Of a stretch of 61,774 nt of DNA, positions 1 to 9,278 are shown piece after piece (the stretch's first letter is position 1; each line of letters begins with the position of its first letter). The notes under the pieces are model-generated. The model worked only from the letters and a program-made list of their open reading frames with translations, was not told the origin of the DNA and did no database searches. This DNA comes from Minisyncoccota bacterium (GTDB lineage Bacteria; Patescibacteriota; Minisyncoccia; Phycocordibacterales; UBA2100). The stretch covers positions 1 to 61,774 of the forward strand of contig JAGOVW010000004.1 in NCBI GenBank assembly GCA_018060545.1, in the 5' to 3' direction. The position numbers and the translations under genes were made by a program.

Positions 1-2473
1 CTTGAGAGTTGGTGATGGCGAGGTTTGAGAGCGTGGTGATGGAAGCGACTGAGGTGGTGGCGGCCAAGTTGGTGACGAAGTTGTTTGTAGCGCGAGGAGT
101 GGTGAAGTATAGGTTGTCTCCTTCAGTGAGTGCGGTCGTTGTTGTTGCTGCGAGGTTCTGTGCAAAGTTTGATGATGCACGGCTCTGGGTGAAGTACAGA
201 TTGTTCGTGCCTTCGTCCAAGCCGTCGGTGGTGGTGGCAAAATACGCGGCGAGTGAAAGCTTCGCATCTAGCGCGTTTTGCAAATCAGTCTGATTTGAGA
301 GTGTTCCGGTGATAGCTCCCCATGTAGAAGATCCGCTCCCTGCAATCCCTAATGACGATGTCGCAACTAGATCATACCCACCAAAAGAATTCCCTAAGAG
401 CACCTGTCCGTACGATGGCGCTGTTGAGGTTCCCGTACCACCATTGGTAATACCGAGCACACCTGAGATCTCCGTAGCAAGACTCACGAGGCCAGTCGAC
501 ACTTTGCCTGCTGCAGCGCGCAACACACCCGTCAAAGATCCTATGTACAAATTGGAAGTTGTTGCATTCACCACAACCGCATTCGTTGCATATGTGTTTG
601 TCGAGGTTGCATTCGTCGTCGTTGCATTCGTAGCGGAAATTCCTCCACTGAAGGTTGAAGAAGCTGCGACGATAACCCCAACGCTCGTCGTTGGTGCAAG
701 TGCACCGTTTACCAATTCAAATGCCTGCCCAAAAGTAGCACCACTGCCGCTGGTAATGCCCAGCGAAGACGTGGCGACCCACTGCACTCCTGCACCCGTT
801 GTTTGAAGCACATACCCGTTGGCACCACTTGTGCCCGATCCATCATACAGACGCCCGCCGACTGCAATATTCGTAGCAGAAAGATTCGGAAGTGTAGATG
901 TTGCAGAAGAAGTCGCGGTGATATTGCGAGCAACCACTTCACCCACCACCGACAACGCTGCATACGGCGACGAAGTCCCGATACCAAAACGCCCTGTTGC
1001 ATCATCGAAGTACACGGTCGCACCACCGAGCACTCCACCATTGTTGTACTGAAGCTGAGCATCAGACCCACCAGGCAAACCAGCTCCACCACTAATCCCC
1101 AACGATGATGTGGCCAGCAACTGATATCCTCCAGCACCATCGCCAACCAACACCGCGCCATAAGAAGGTGCCGTGCTCGTTCCTGTTCCGCCGCTCGCAA
1201 CTGCCACAACTCCCGAGAGGTCGCTGACGGAAATAGAAACGCCAGACAGAGAACCGCCAGAAATACTCGCATTGCTTATTGTTCCTCCAGAAATGGAGAC
1301 GTTCGAAAGCGAATCAATCCGCTGCGAGAGTCCAAATGTACTTGGGTAAGTTTGTGCAACCGTACCTCCGTAAGAAGAGAACACAGGCGGGACCATTGCG
1401 GTAACACTCTTTATCTGGGAGGTAAACTTGTTATCAAGTTGATTCAAGAGGAGCTGCATGTCAGCAAGGGACAACGCATCCCCGGCAACAACACGCTCCA
1501 CTATGCGTTCACGTATTGGCTGCTCCACGACTGTTTGCTGCACGTATTTTGTTGTGGCAGCAACGGACTTTTGTACTTCAGTCGGTTGTGGCGTAAATGG
1601 CACCACAGTCACGCGCACCATACCATCTTGAGCATTCCGCTGTGGGAGAACTAAAGCAAAAGAAGGAAGACTTGAAAACATTGCTCGCGATACAAATCCG
1701 TCAACAAAGGCACGCGTACGTACAGCCAGGATATCCAGGGCCCCACCAGAAGCAGCCGCTGCAATCTGAGCGACAGATTCTCCCCCCTCATTCATCTGCT
1801 GAAGTCCGTCTACTAGAGCCACTGTACGCTCAGGCACTGAAGCGACAGTTTCGACAGCCTGCTTCGATGAAGCTATGAGCGATCGCGCATAGTCAGCGTC
1901 TACCACTGCATATGTCCCAAACGTCAACATAAACGCAAGAACCAGTGCAAGCACCTTGTGCGCAAAATCGAAAATCGGCGAAAGAAGTGGAGCATGAGCG
2001 ACACCGTGCACAGCGGCCTGACGCACCGCATCAGTGGAAAGCGGCATCGTGACCGCAAGAGTCTTTGCCACGTGCGCTTGCATCGTAGAGACCTTATGAG
2101 AAACACGGGGTGCCTCTTCTTCAGGCAATAAAAAAACTTCGGGTTCCGTAATGACTATTGCCGCGACAGGCTCAACTACCGCTCTCGCAACTGGTGCAGC
2201 TACAGGTGCAACGATCGCAGGAGCAACGGCACCATAGGCACTCTTACGCTCCCTCGCCAAAGCACTATATCTTTCTTCATTGCGACGCCGCTGATCATGA
2301 ACGAACGTATCAAGCGACTTAACATCTACGAACCACTGGCTACCAACACGGCGCGCCACAATTTTTTGCTCACGACAGAGTCGCCCAATGTAGTCACGTG
2401 TAAAGTCATGAAGTGCTGCCGCATCTCCAGCCGAAATGTATTCCCGTCCATCAAAATAAAGATTATTACTCAT
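1..2473 (-). CDS. Large membrane-anchored protein, truncated at window edge: N-terminal HTH_17/excisionase-like domain, one TM helix, long Thr/Ser/Gly-rich fibre-like repeat region
   Basis: Translated by hand; absent from the ORF track because it runs off the edge. Open frame from ATG 2473 (MSNNLYFDGREYISAGDAAALHDFTRDYIGRLCREQKIVARRVGSQWFVD) to position 1, >=824 aa. TM-like KVLALVLAFMLTFGTYAVV at ~1890-1955. Repeats: GGTGTSTAPSYG.VL.G...GGY.L.ATSSLGI x2 and EG(TN/D)NLYFT..RA..NF..NLAATT x2. Confidence 0.85.
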   Translation of the reverse strand, partial: MSNNLYFDGREYISAGDAAALHDFTRDYIGRLCREQKIVARRVGSQWFVDVKSLDTFVHDQRRRNEERYSALARERKSAYGAVAPAIVAPVAAPVARAVVEPVAAIVITEPEVFLLPEEEAPRVSHKVSTMQAHVAKTLAVTMPLSTDAVRQAAVHGVAHAPLLSPIFDFAHKVLALVLAFMLTFGTYAVVDADYARSLIASSKQAVETVASVPERTVALVDGLQQMNEGGESVAQIAAAASGGALDILAVRTRAFVDGFVSRAMFSSLPSFALVLPQRNAQDGMVRVTVVPFTPQPTEVQKSVAATTKYVQQTVVEQPIRERIVERVVAGDALSLADMQLLLNQLDNKFTSQIKSVTAMVPPVFSSYGGTVAQTYPSTFGLSQRIDSLSNVSISGGTISNASISGGSLSGVSISVSDLSGVVAVASGGTGTSTAPSYGAVLVGDGAGGYQLLATSSLGISGGAGLPGGSDAQLQYNNGGVLGGATVYFDDATGRFGIGTSSPYAALSVVGEVVARNITATSSATSTLPNLSATNIAVGGRLYDGSGTSGANGYVLQTTGAGVQWVATSSLGITSGSGATFGQAFELVNGALAPTTSVGVIVAASSTFSGGISATNATTTNATSTNTYATNAVVVNATTSNLYIGSLTGVLRAAAGKVSTGLVSLATEISGVLGITNGGTGTSTAPSYGQVLLGNSFGGYDLVATSSLGIAGSGSSTWGAITGTLSNQTDLQNALDAKLSLAAYFATTTDGLDEGTNNLYFTQSRASSNFAQNLAATTTTALTEGDNLYFTTPRATNNFVTNLAATTSVASITTLSNLAITNSQ

Positions 2474-2499
2474 AATGTCGGGTGTGCGAAATTACTAGA

Positions 2500-2505
2500 A
2501 TTATA
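2500..2505 (-). promoter_or_regulatory. Putative -10 box (TATAAT) for the large HTH-TM gene
   Basis: Perfect TATAAT ~27 nt upstream of ATG 2473 in an AT-rich intergenic region; no clear -35. Confidence 0.4.
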
Positions 2506-2956
2506 TGGTGTTTTCGGTAAACACATCGCTTTCACGATGATTCACGTGTGGACAAGATTCCACCAAAAAATTATTTTAAAAAAGTTTATTTTCACACAAT
2601 ATTTTTCTCTCTCGAATATCAAAAAGAACCGGCTCCGAGAAGTACTCGCAACCTCACTTGCATATCATTAAGCTACTTTCAACCATTCAATTGAGGCCAT
2701 CCCGATAAAAAGTGGATATGAATATAAAAAATCTGTTTAATGCCGTTCATGTACTTCCGTATAAAAATGCTCCATGGGAGCTCTACTGCTCACAGAGTCA
2801 GGCCTACGCTTTAAAATTGCTGCGTTTTGCACCTCAACGGCACACCAGGTGACTACTGGGGTGGGATTTCAGATAAAACGTAATGAGACCTTAGTTGCTT
2901 GATGCGTCTAAAGACGACAGAAAGGAGGTGTCAGGATACCCGATTTGTCTATATTT

Positions 2957-3820
2957 TTAGCGACTTCTTGAGTACTCCGCGTGACCAGCAAGTACATCTG
3001 AAAGTGATACTACAGAGGCGGCGGCAGCGGCTACAAATCGCTCATTGCTCGTGGCTCCGTATGCTAGAACAAGTACAAAAACTGCTGAAACCGTCACCAG
3101 AGCCAGTGCAAGCGTACGACGTGGTGCAGGGACGGACATCTGTGGTGCCACCTGAAGGCTCATGGAAGGTCTACGTGTGACATCAAAACCATGCTTTGGG
3201 GGCATAACTACTATGCTTCGCGGCAATTCAGAAGGTTCATGCAGTGGCGGATGGACGATTTCACTTCTTTTCGCGCTAATATCAGGAAAAAGTGCTCGAT
3301 TGTCTGGCGTATATGAAAGCAAGGGTGCCGGTTGCTTTTTCTTTTCCTGATCTGGACGGACTATCGAGACACCGGACGCAGCGGCCTGCACAGCTGCAAG
3401 AAGAGCATCATTGTGCTCCTTGTGTTTTACAAGTTCAACCTGACCGACGTACCACCTGCTCCCAACCTGTTTTGCAGGAATTTTGCCTTCCCGTGCTAAC
3501 TGCGTCACATAGTCATGGCTATAATGGCTTATTTCCGCTGCTCGCTTTGCCGAGACGTACTCAAGGCCGTCTAGACCAACGATCGTATCTAGCGATTCTG
3601 AATGCTCGAGTGGTGGTGGAACTGGAACATACAATTCGGCCTGCTCCTTGTGTTTTTGAAGGGAAGGCACATTAACAAACCAGGCCCGCTCCACTCTTTT
3701 AGCAAGTATCTTGCCTCCCCGAGCTAGCTGTCCGATGTAGTCAGCCGAATAGTCTAGTAATTCTGCGGCTTGCTTTGCCGAGACATATTCTTGACCGTCA
3801 ATAAGAATACTGTCCTTCAT
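2957..3820 (-). CDS. Tandem HTH_17-like DNA-binding protein with C-terminal TM helix
   Basis: Two repeats: YVSAKQAAELLDYSADYIGQLARGGKILAKRVERAWFV and YVSAKRAAEISHYSHDYVTQLAREGKIPAKQVGSRWYV. Hydrophobic TLALALVTVSAVFVLVLAYG near the C-terminus. Start moved to MKDSIL (TATACT-6nt-ATG). Confidence 0.8.
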   Translation of the reverse strand: MKDSILIDGQEYVSAKQAAELLDYSADYIGQLARGGKILAKRVERAWFVNVPSLQKHKEQAELYVPVPPPLEHSESLDTIVGLDGLEYVSAKRAAEISHYSHDYVTQLAREGKIPAKQVGSRWYVGQVELVKHKEHNDALLAAVQAAASGVSIVRPDQEKKKQPAPLLSYTPDNRALFPDISAKRSEIVHPPLHEPSELPRSIVVMPPKHGFDVTRRPSMSLQVAPQMSVPAPRRTLALALVTVSAVFVLVLAYGATSNERFVAAAAASVVSLSDVLAGHAEYSRSR

Positions 3821-3877
3821 ATACCCAGTATACATCGCGACATGCAGCGTCGCTTTCTAGGTGTGGAGAAAACGTAA

Positions 3878-5308
3878 CTACACCTTAGCCACCTCCTCCA
3901 GGAGCAGGTTAAGCATTACCGTTGGGTTAGCCGAACCCTTTGTTTCCTTCATTGCCTTTCCGACTAGGAACTGGAGTATCTTTTCCTTGCCTTGTTTATA
4001 CTCAGCTACGATGTCCGGATGTTCAGTGATGAGACGCGCAGCAAGTGGGCGCAGCTCATCCTCACCGCCCTTCTGAAGCAAACCTTGCTCGGTTGCGATT
4101 GTTTCTGGATCACGACTGTCGGTCATCATGTAGCGAAGAGTATCCTTCGCACCTCGCGATGAGAGCTTTCCGCCAATAACCATCTCAATTAGTTGTGCGA
4201 AGTTGGAGGGGCTAAAAGGGATTTTTGACCGCATTTCCGTGTCTTGCCCGTGGATATCTCGGATCAAGCTCACCAAGTCACTCGTGAGATAGTTCGTGGC
4301 GAGCCGAGCAAAATCAGGAGATCCCACGCCTTCTGAGAGAACGGCATCAAAGAATGTTGCGAGCTCCGGTGCGCGAGTGAGGAAGTCTGCGTCTGCAGGT
4401 GCAATACCTAGGCCTTGATACCGCACACGGCGGGCGTCAGGCAACTCCCCAAGGTTAAGGGCTCCCACAGCGAGATCGGACACCTCGCTACAGAGAACCT
4501 TTGGCAGATCGGGGTCGGGAAAGTAGCGATAATCCGCCGATCCTTCCTTTACACGCTGCGCGAAGGTTATCTGTCGCCCCTCATCCCACCCTCGTGTCTC
4601 CTGCTGAACAACCTTGCCAGAAGCTAAAAGCTCCTTGTGGCGGGCAACTTCATACTGAACGGCGCGCTCCATAGAACGAAATGAGTTGAGGTTTTTTACT
4701 TCCACTTTGGTACCTAACTGACCTTCTGGTGCGACAGAGATATTGGCTTCCACTCGCATCTGCCCTTTTTCCATATCAGCGTCAGAAACCTTTAAGTATC
4801 GCAAGAGTAGCTGTAGCTCTCGAGCAAACCTACCCGCTTCTTCCGCAGAGTGAATCACCGGCTCTGTTACTAACTCCATCAAAGGTACCCCGGCTCGGTT
4901 GTAATCAACGAGAGTTGCACCTGTCTTCGTATCGTGGATAGAACGCGCGGTGTCCTCTTCAAGGTGAATGCGCGTAATTGCTATATTACACAGCTGCCCT
5001 CCCGTAACCAGCGGGAATGCAAATTGGCTTAACTGGTAGCCCTTAGGGAGATCTGGGTAGAAGTAGTTCTTACGATCAAACTCGGTGTAATCCGCCAGAG
5101 TAGCTCCAATAGCTTTACCAACCTTAAGGACGTGCTGGACAGCCCTAGCGTTGATTGTTGGCAGTGTTCCAGGGTGTGCTAAGCAGACAGGGCAAATATG
5201 AACATTGGGCGAATCAGCCTCTGGGGAGTTTTTTGAGGAACAGAACATTTTTGTTGCCGTTTTCAACTCAACGTGAATCTCGAGCCCAATGGTTGTCAGA
5301 AGTTCCAT
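3878..5308 (-). CDS. gatB: Asp-tRNA(Asn)/Glu-tRNA(Gln) amidotransferase subunit B
   Basis: IGLEIHVEL, KMFC, CPVCLAHPGTLP, FDRKNYFYPDLPKGYQ, RIHLEED, DYNRAGVPLMELVTEP, YRYFPDPDLP. Confidence 0.97.
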   Translation of the reverse strand: MELLTTIGLEIHVELKTATKMFCSSKNSPEADSPNVHICPVCLAHPGTLPTINARAVQHVLKVGKAIGATLADYTEFDRKNYFYPDLPKGYQLSQFAFPLVTGGQLCNIAITRIHLEEDTARSIHDTKTGATLVDYNRAGVPLMELVTEPVIHSAEEAGRFARELQLLLRYLKVSDADMEKGQMRVEANISVAPEGQLGTKVEVKNLNSFRSMERAVQYEVARHKELLASGKVVQQETRGWDEGRQITFAQRVKEGSADYRYFPDPDLPKVLCSEVSDLAVGALNLGELPDARRVRYQGLGIAPADADFLTRAPELATFFDAVLSEGVGSPDFARLATNYLTSDLVSLIRDIHGQDTEMRSKIPFSPSNFAQLIEMVIGGKLSSRGAKDTLRYMMTDSRDPETIATEQGLLQKGGEDELRPLAARLITEHPDIVAEYKQGKEKILQFLVGKAMKETKGSANPTVMLNLLLEEVAKV

Positions 5309-5626
5309 GTGGGCATTCTAACTGCAACTAGCCAGGACACAAGGACTCGCCATGTCGCACAAAGGACCGAAAAATAGCACGGAAGCATTTCAGAACTATT
5401 GTCGACAAAATGGCGAACAGACCAAAAAAGGGAGTATCAAAGGCCGCTCTGGCATATCACCGCGATATCATTATATTTCCAGTACTCGTTTGTCCGAGAT
5501 AACGTATATTCGTAGCTCGTGTTGCCGAGATTCCTTGAGTTTCGGACCAGACCTAGAGATAAAAAGCCTCATTGCTGGGAGGAGTTTGGGTCACCTGACC
5601 ACCTTAGTTGTCCACAATGAGGTTTT

Positions 5627-5791
5627 CTACTTACCGGATTTCCCGCTAATTTTGCCAACACCACTCTTCTCGCCACACCATGGGCAGTACCAGAAGGGAC
5701 GCCGGGGTGCGTCACCAATACTCCACCAATGCGAACAGCTGGCACATCGAAAGTGTGCCAGCTGTTCGTCCGAACGGGCGTGCTTCTTCAT
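5627..5791 (-). CDS. Small zinc-ribbon protein (54 aa, CxxC...CPWC)
   Basis: MKKHARSDEQLAHFRCASCSHWWSIGDAPRRPFWYCPWCGEK. ATG overlaps the secA stop (TGATG) and has TATAGT 6 nt upstream. Confidence 0.65.
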   Translation of the reverse strand: MKKHARSDEQLAHFRCASCSHWWSIGDAPRRPFWYCPWCGEKSGVGKISGKSGK

Positions 5792-8310
5792 CAAGATACT
5801 ATACGCCACTCCCCCGACTCCAGGAGCGGCTCGGCCTTCTTGTACTTCATTTCTTGAGTCTCTGTACCATTGGTGATGGTTACTTTGTCATTTCTTCCAT
5901 ACTCGGTTTTAGCAACCACGCCCTGCGTCCGGGTGATTTGTGCAACCCCCTGACTCAGCGCTTTGAAATCAATCACTGGCTTTGGCGCCATGCCGCTAGA
6001 GGTGAGCTGAGGTAACAGACGTGCCACATGCCCCGCGTATGAAAGTTCCATGTCTTGAAACAAACGAAGACCCTCTTTCTTGTACTCTACCAATGGATCG
6101 CGTTGTCCGTATGCGCGCAAATTCACACTCGAACGCAGATGATCCATCATCTCCAAATGGTCTACCCACAGCAGGTCAATGGTTTGCAGCAAGAGTTTGC
6201 GAACATGTCGCTCGAAATCTTCTGGAGCCAACTCTTGCTTTTTAGTAGTAAAAGAAGTCGCAATAGTTGGTTCTATCGTCGCCAGTCGCACCAATTCTTC
6301 ATCGAGGTCCGCAAGCGTACCCGTGAGGAGCATCTTTCGTCTCGTGTACACACTGGCGCGCTGTGCGCTCATGACGTCGTCGTAGGATAGTACGTGTTTG
6401 CGGGAATCAAAGTGAATCTCTTCAATTCGAGTCTGCGCCTTTTCGAGCGTCCGAGTAATCATGCGGTTATGGATAGGCTCTTCTTCAGGAATGCCAAATG
6501 TACCCATGACGCGCTTCACCACATCTGATGCGAATACGCGCATGAGTGAATCTTCGAGAGACACGAAGAATTGAGTTTCGCCTGGGTCTCCTTGTCGCCC
6601 CGCTCGCCCACGGAGCTGGTTGTCGATGCGGCGAGCTTCGTGCCGTTCGGTTCCCAAAACAAACAGGCCACCAACTGATTTAATCTCGTTGTACACTTCC
6701 TCCGTAGAAGGGTTCCCGCCAAGCTTGATGTCGACACCGCGCCCGGCCATGTTTGTCGCAATGGTAACAGCTCCCCTTCTCCCTGCCTGCGCAATAATCT
6801 CTCCTTCTCGCTCATGATTCTTTGCGTTCAAAATTTCGTGAGGAATGCCCTCCTGCTTGAAGTACGCAGAGAGAAGCTCATTGTTCTCTACTGAAACGGT
6901 GCCCACAAGTACTGGCTGCCCTTTTTCATACAACTCCTTCACTCGTTTAGCGATTGCCTTCATTTTCCCTTTCTCGTTCTGGAAGATGAGATCGTCGTGA
7001 TCGATACGCTGCGCAGCGCGGTGGGTTGGAACAACGACGGTATTAAGGCCGTACACTTTATAGAACTCCTCTGAAGAAGTAATAGCGGTTCCGGTCATAC
7101 CAGCGAGGTGCTCGTAGAGGCGGAAGTAGTTTTGGTACGTGATCGAAGCAAAGGTGCGCGACTCTTGCTGAATGGGTACCCCTTCCTTTGCCTCCATAGC
7201 CTGGTGCAAACCTTCAGACCATCGACGCCCTGGTTGCATACGACCGGTAAACTCATCCACGATGACAACCGTTCCGTCCTTCACCACGTAGTCTTTGTCA
7301 CGCTCGAAGAGTGCGTGCGCGCGTACCGCTGTTTCGAGGTGGTGCACATACTTCACTCCAGCATCTGTATAGATGTTGTCGATACCGAGCGCCTTTTCCG
7401 CCTTCTCGATACCGCTCTCGGAGAGAGCGATAGTGCGGTGCTTCTCGTCAACAGTAAAATCTTCATCACGGACGAGCGTTCGCGCGATCCCAGTAAAACG
7501 ATCGTAGAGCCGCTCCGCGTCTCCTGATGGGGCGGAAATAATAAGCGGCGTGCGTGCCTCGTCAATTAAGATGGAGTCAATCTCGTCCACGATCGCAAAG
7601 TACGGCACTCTCTGGCGAAGGCGACTCGCCTCCTGCTCGATGTTGTCACGTAGGTAGTCGAAGCCAAACTCCTGGTTTGTTCCGTAGGTAATGTCTGCAG
7701 CGTAAGCATCCTTACGTGACACAGGCTTCAGAAATTCATGGGCAACCTTGAATGATCCCATGTCGTCGCGCTCCTTATCCACCTCATCTGCCTCAGCTGG
7801 AGCCACGTGCTCCGGATCATAGAGGAATGACTGCTCATGGTTGATAACGCCTACGGAGAGACCTAGTGCGGCGTAAATTTGTCCCATCCATACCGCGTCG
7901 CGTCGCGAAAGGTAGTCGTTCACCGTAACCACATGAACCCCCTTGCCACTAAGGGCATGCACGTACGCAGGCAGGGTCGCAACCAATGTTTTACCTTCCC
8001 CCGTTCGCATTTCAGCAATGTCGCCAAAGTGAAGAATGGCCCCTCCAAGCAGCTGGACGTCGTAGTGGCGCTGCCCGAGAGTGCGTCGGGAAGCCTCTCG
8101 AACCAACGCAAAACCTTCAGGAACAATATCATCCATAGAAGCCCCTGCCGCAAGCCGAGCCTTGAATTCGAGGGTTTTTGCTTTGAGAGCATCGTCTGAA
8201 AGCGTCATCAGTGAGGACTCAAATGCATTGGCAAGTGGTACTATTTTTTCAGCACGCGCAAAAGCGGCCTGGTTTTCGTCACCAAGAATACCCCGTAAAA
8301 AACGTAGCAT
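5791..8310 (-). CDS. secA: Preprotein translocase ATPase SecA
   Basis: MRTGEGKT, VTVNDYL, DEIDSILIDEARTPLIIS, TNMAGRGVDIKLGG, RIDNQLRGRAGRQGDPG, QRDPLVEYK. C-terminal GRND lacks the Cys/His metal motif. Confidence 0.98.
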   Translation of the reverse strand: MLRFLRGILGDENQAAFARAEKIVPLANAFESSLMTLSDDALKAKTLEFKARLAAGASMDDIVPEGFALVREASRRTLGQRHYDVQLLGGAILHFGDIAEMRTGEGKTLVATLPAYVHALSGKGVHVVTVNDYLSRRDAVWMGQIYAALGLSVGVINHEQSFLYDPEHVAPAEADEVDKERDDMGSFKVAHEFLKPVSRKDAYAADITYGTNQEFGFDYLRDNIEQEASRLRQRVPYFAIVDEIDSILIDEARTPLIISAPSGDAERLYDRFTGIARTLVRDEDFTVDEKHRTIALSESGIEKAEKALGIDNIYTDAGVKYVHHLETAVRAHALFERDKDYVVKDGTVVIVDEFTGRMQPGRRWSEGLHQAMEAKEGVPIQQESRTFASITYQNYFRLYEHLAGMTGTAITSSEEFYKVYGLNTVVVPTHRAAQRIDHDDLIFQNEKGKMKAIAKRVKELYEKGQPVLVGTVSVENNELLSAYFKQEGIPHEILNAKNHEREGEIIAQAGRRGAVTIATNMAGRGVDIKLGGNPSTEEVYNEIKSVGGLFVLGTERHEARRIDNQLRGRAGRQGDPGETQFFVSLEDSLMRVFASDVVKRVMGTFGIPEEEPIHNRMITRTLEKAQTRIEEIHFDSRKHVLSYDDVMSAQRASVYTRRKMLLTGTLADLDEELVRLATIEPTIATSFTTKKQELAPEDFERHVRKLLLQTIDLLWVDHLEMMDHLRSSVNLRAYGQRDPLVEYKKEGLRLFQDMELSYAGHVARLLPQLTSSGMAPKPVIDFKALSQGVAQITRTQGVVAKTEYGRNDKVTITNGTETQEMKYKKAEPLLESGEWRIVS

Positions 8311-8546
8311 TACGCCATCCTACCACCAATTGCACCCGCTCTCCACTATAGAAAATGCGGGAAAATGGTTCCTTGTGGGTGCATATAAAAGCAGATGTGA
8401 GGAATATACTCTGCGGCATTTGTGGCTCAGCATCACACTGCGGCAAAGATATAGTCACAATGTGCATTCTAAGCATAGAAAGCGCCCATGTGCGAAAGTG
8501 TCCTACAAGCACAAGGAAATCAACATGACATATGCGTAGCTATATA

Positions 8547-8580
8547 AAAGAAAACAGCCCCTTGCGGAGCTGTTTTCTTT
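8547..8580. terminator. Intrinsic terminator-like hairpin (possibly bidirectional)
   Basis: aaagaaaacagc...gctgttttcttt inverted repeat; GCAA tetraloop and U-tract on the minus strand, just after the Lys-rich ORF. Confidence 0.75.
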
Positions 8581-8590
8581 GCGAAGATGC

Positions 8591-8662
8591 TTAGGTGCGC
8601 TTCTTCTTTGAAACTTTCTTTGCCTTCTTCTTAGCAGCCTTCTTAGCTTTCTTTTTTGCCAT
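8591..8662 (-). CDS. 23-aa Lys/Ala-rich basic peptide (MAKKKAKKAAKKKAKKVSKKKRT)
   Basis: Below the ORF-track cutoff. Clean ATG-TAA frame, extreme Lys bias using mixed AAA/AAG codons, terminator immediately downstream. Confidence 0.7.
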   Translation of the reverse strand: MAKKKAKKAAKKKAKKVSKKKRT

Positions 8663-8980
8663 AGTAGTTGGATTGCGTATCTAAATTTTATTTCGACCGC
8701 TCCTTGTGGGAGCTGTTACAAACATTATGGATGAATATTTGCTGCGTGATGTATTTTTTTTGTCATGTTGTGGATAAGTTAGATATGCATATATATTCAT
8801 ATATAGTTTCCGCATGCAAAGCATATCTGACATGACAGCTCAAGAGATTATTCCTCATCACAATCCAGGATGATGCCGCACATCGTCGAACACGTGACTA
8901 CGCAATCTCATCCTTATCCGACATATTGGTATCAACATAATCATTGAATGTTCGCTTCTTACTTCATCATTCCAAAAACG

Positions 8981-9011
8981 CAAAACAACCGCCTCATCAG
9001 CGGTTGTTTTG
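8981..9011. repeat. Hairpin repeat copy 1 (terminator-like)
   Basis: caaaacaaccgcctcatcagcggttgttttg; differs from the copy at 9230-9260 by one compensatory base pair. Confidence 0.8.
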
Positions 9012-9095
9012 TTTTGAGTTACACTACAAGAGCACTTCCCTGTTCTACAGTGCTGGCGCACCAAGAACAGGATGTCGCCCCCACGATGGAGGACG

Positions 9096-9111
9096 CCTGC
9101 CGGCAGGCAGG
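9096..9111. repeat. 16-bp palindromic insertion CCTGCCGGCAGGCAGG
   Basis: Present in cacgatggaggacg|ggtgcgagc (9082-9120), absent from the paralogous cacggtggaggacg|ggtgcgagc (9275-9297). Related palindrome at 59815-59837. Confidence 0.7.
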
Positions 9112-9229
9112 GGTGCGAGCACGCAAATCGCTGCGCGTTGGAAACCTCTCGGTTTCCAATACCTTCCTCCACGGGGAAACATCCAGTTTCCCCGACCCCT
9201 TTCTCCATTTGTCGCTCGCATACCGTGTG

Positions 9230-9260
9230 CAAAACGACCGCCTCATCAGCGGTCGTTTTG
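9230..9260. repeat. Hairpin repeat copy 2 (terminator-like)
   Basis: caaaacgaccgcctcatcagcggtcgttttg; would terminate a minus-strand transcript from the 9744-9771 promoter. Confidence 0.8.
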
Positions 9261-9278
9261 TTAGTTGTCGCACACACG

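Noticed and set aside
9-2106. ORF-track entries 9..293, 309..806, 709..1272, 803..1108, 1352..1654, 1597..1878, 1924..2106 and similar
   Set aside because: Shadow or out-of-frame ORFs of the single long minus-strand gene (<1..2473).
2919-2930. Perfect SD AGAAAGGAGGTG on the plus strand
   Set aside because: No start codon at usable spacing and no credible downstream ORF.
5352-5876. 174-aa plus-strand ORF
   Set aside because: Overlaps secA and the zinc-ribbon ORF antisense; no motifs.
8279-8512. 77-aa minus ORF upstream of secA
   Set aside because: Overlaps the secA promoter and start out of frame; no recognisable features.
8690-8830. Replication origin
   Set aside because: AT-rich with one perfect DnaA box, but no box cluster and no dnaA/dnaN nearby.
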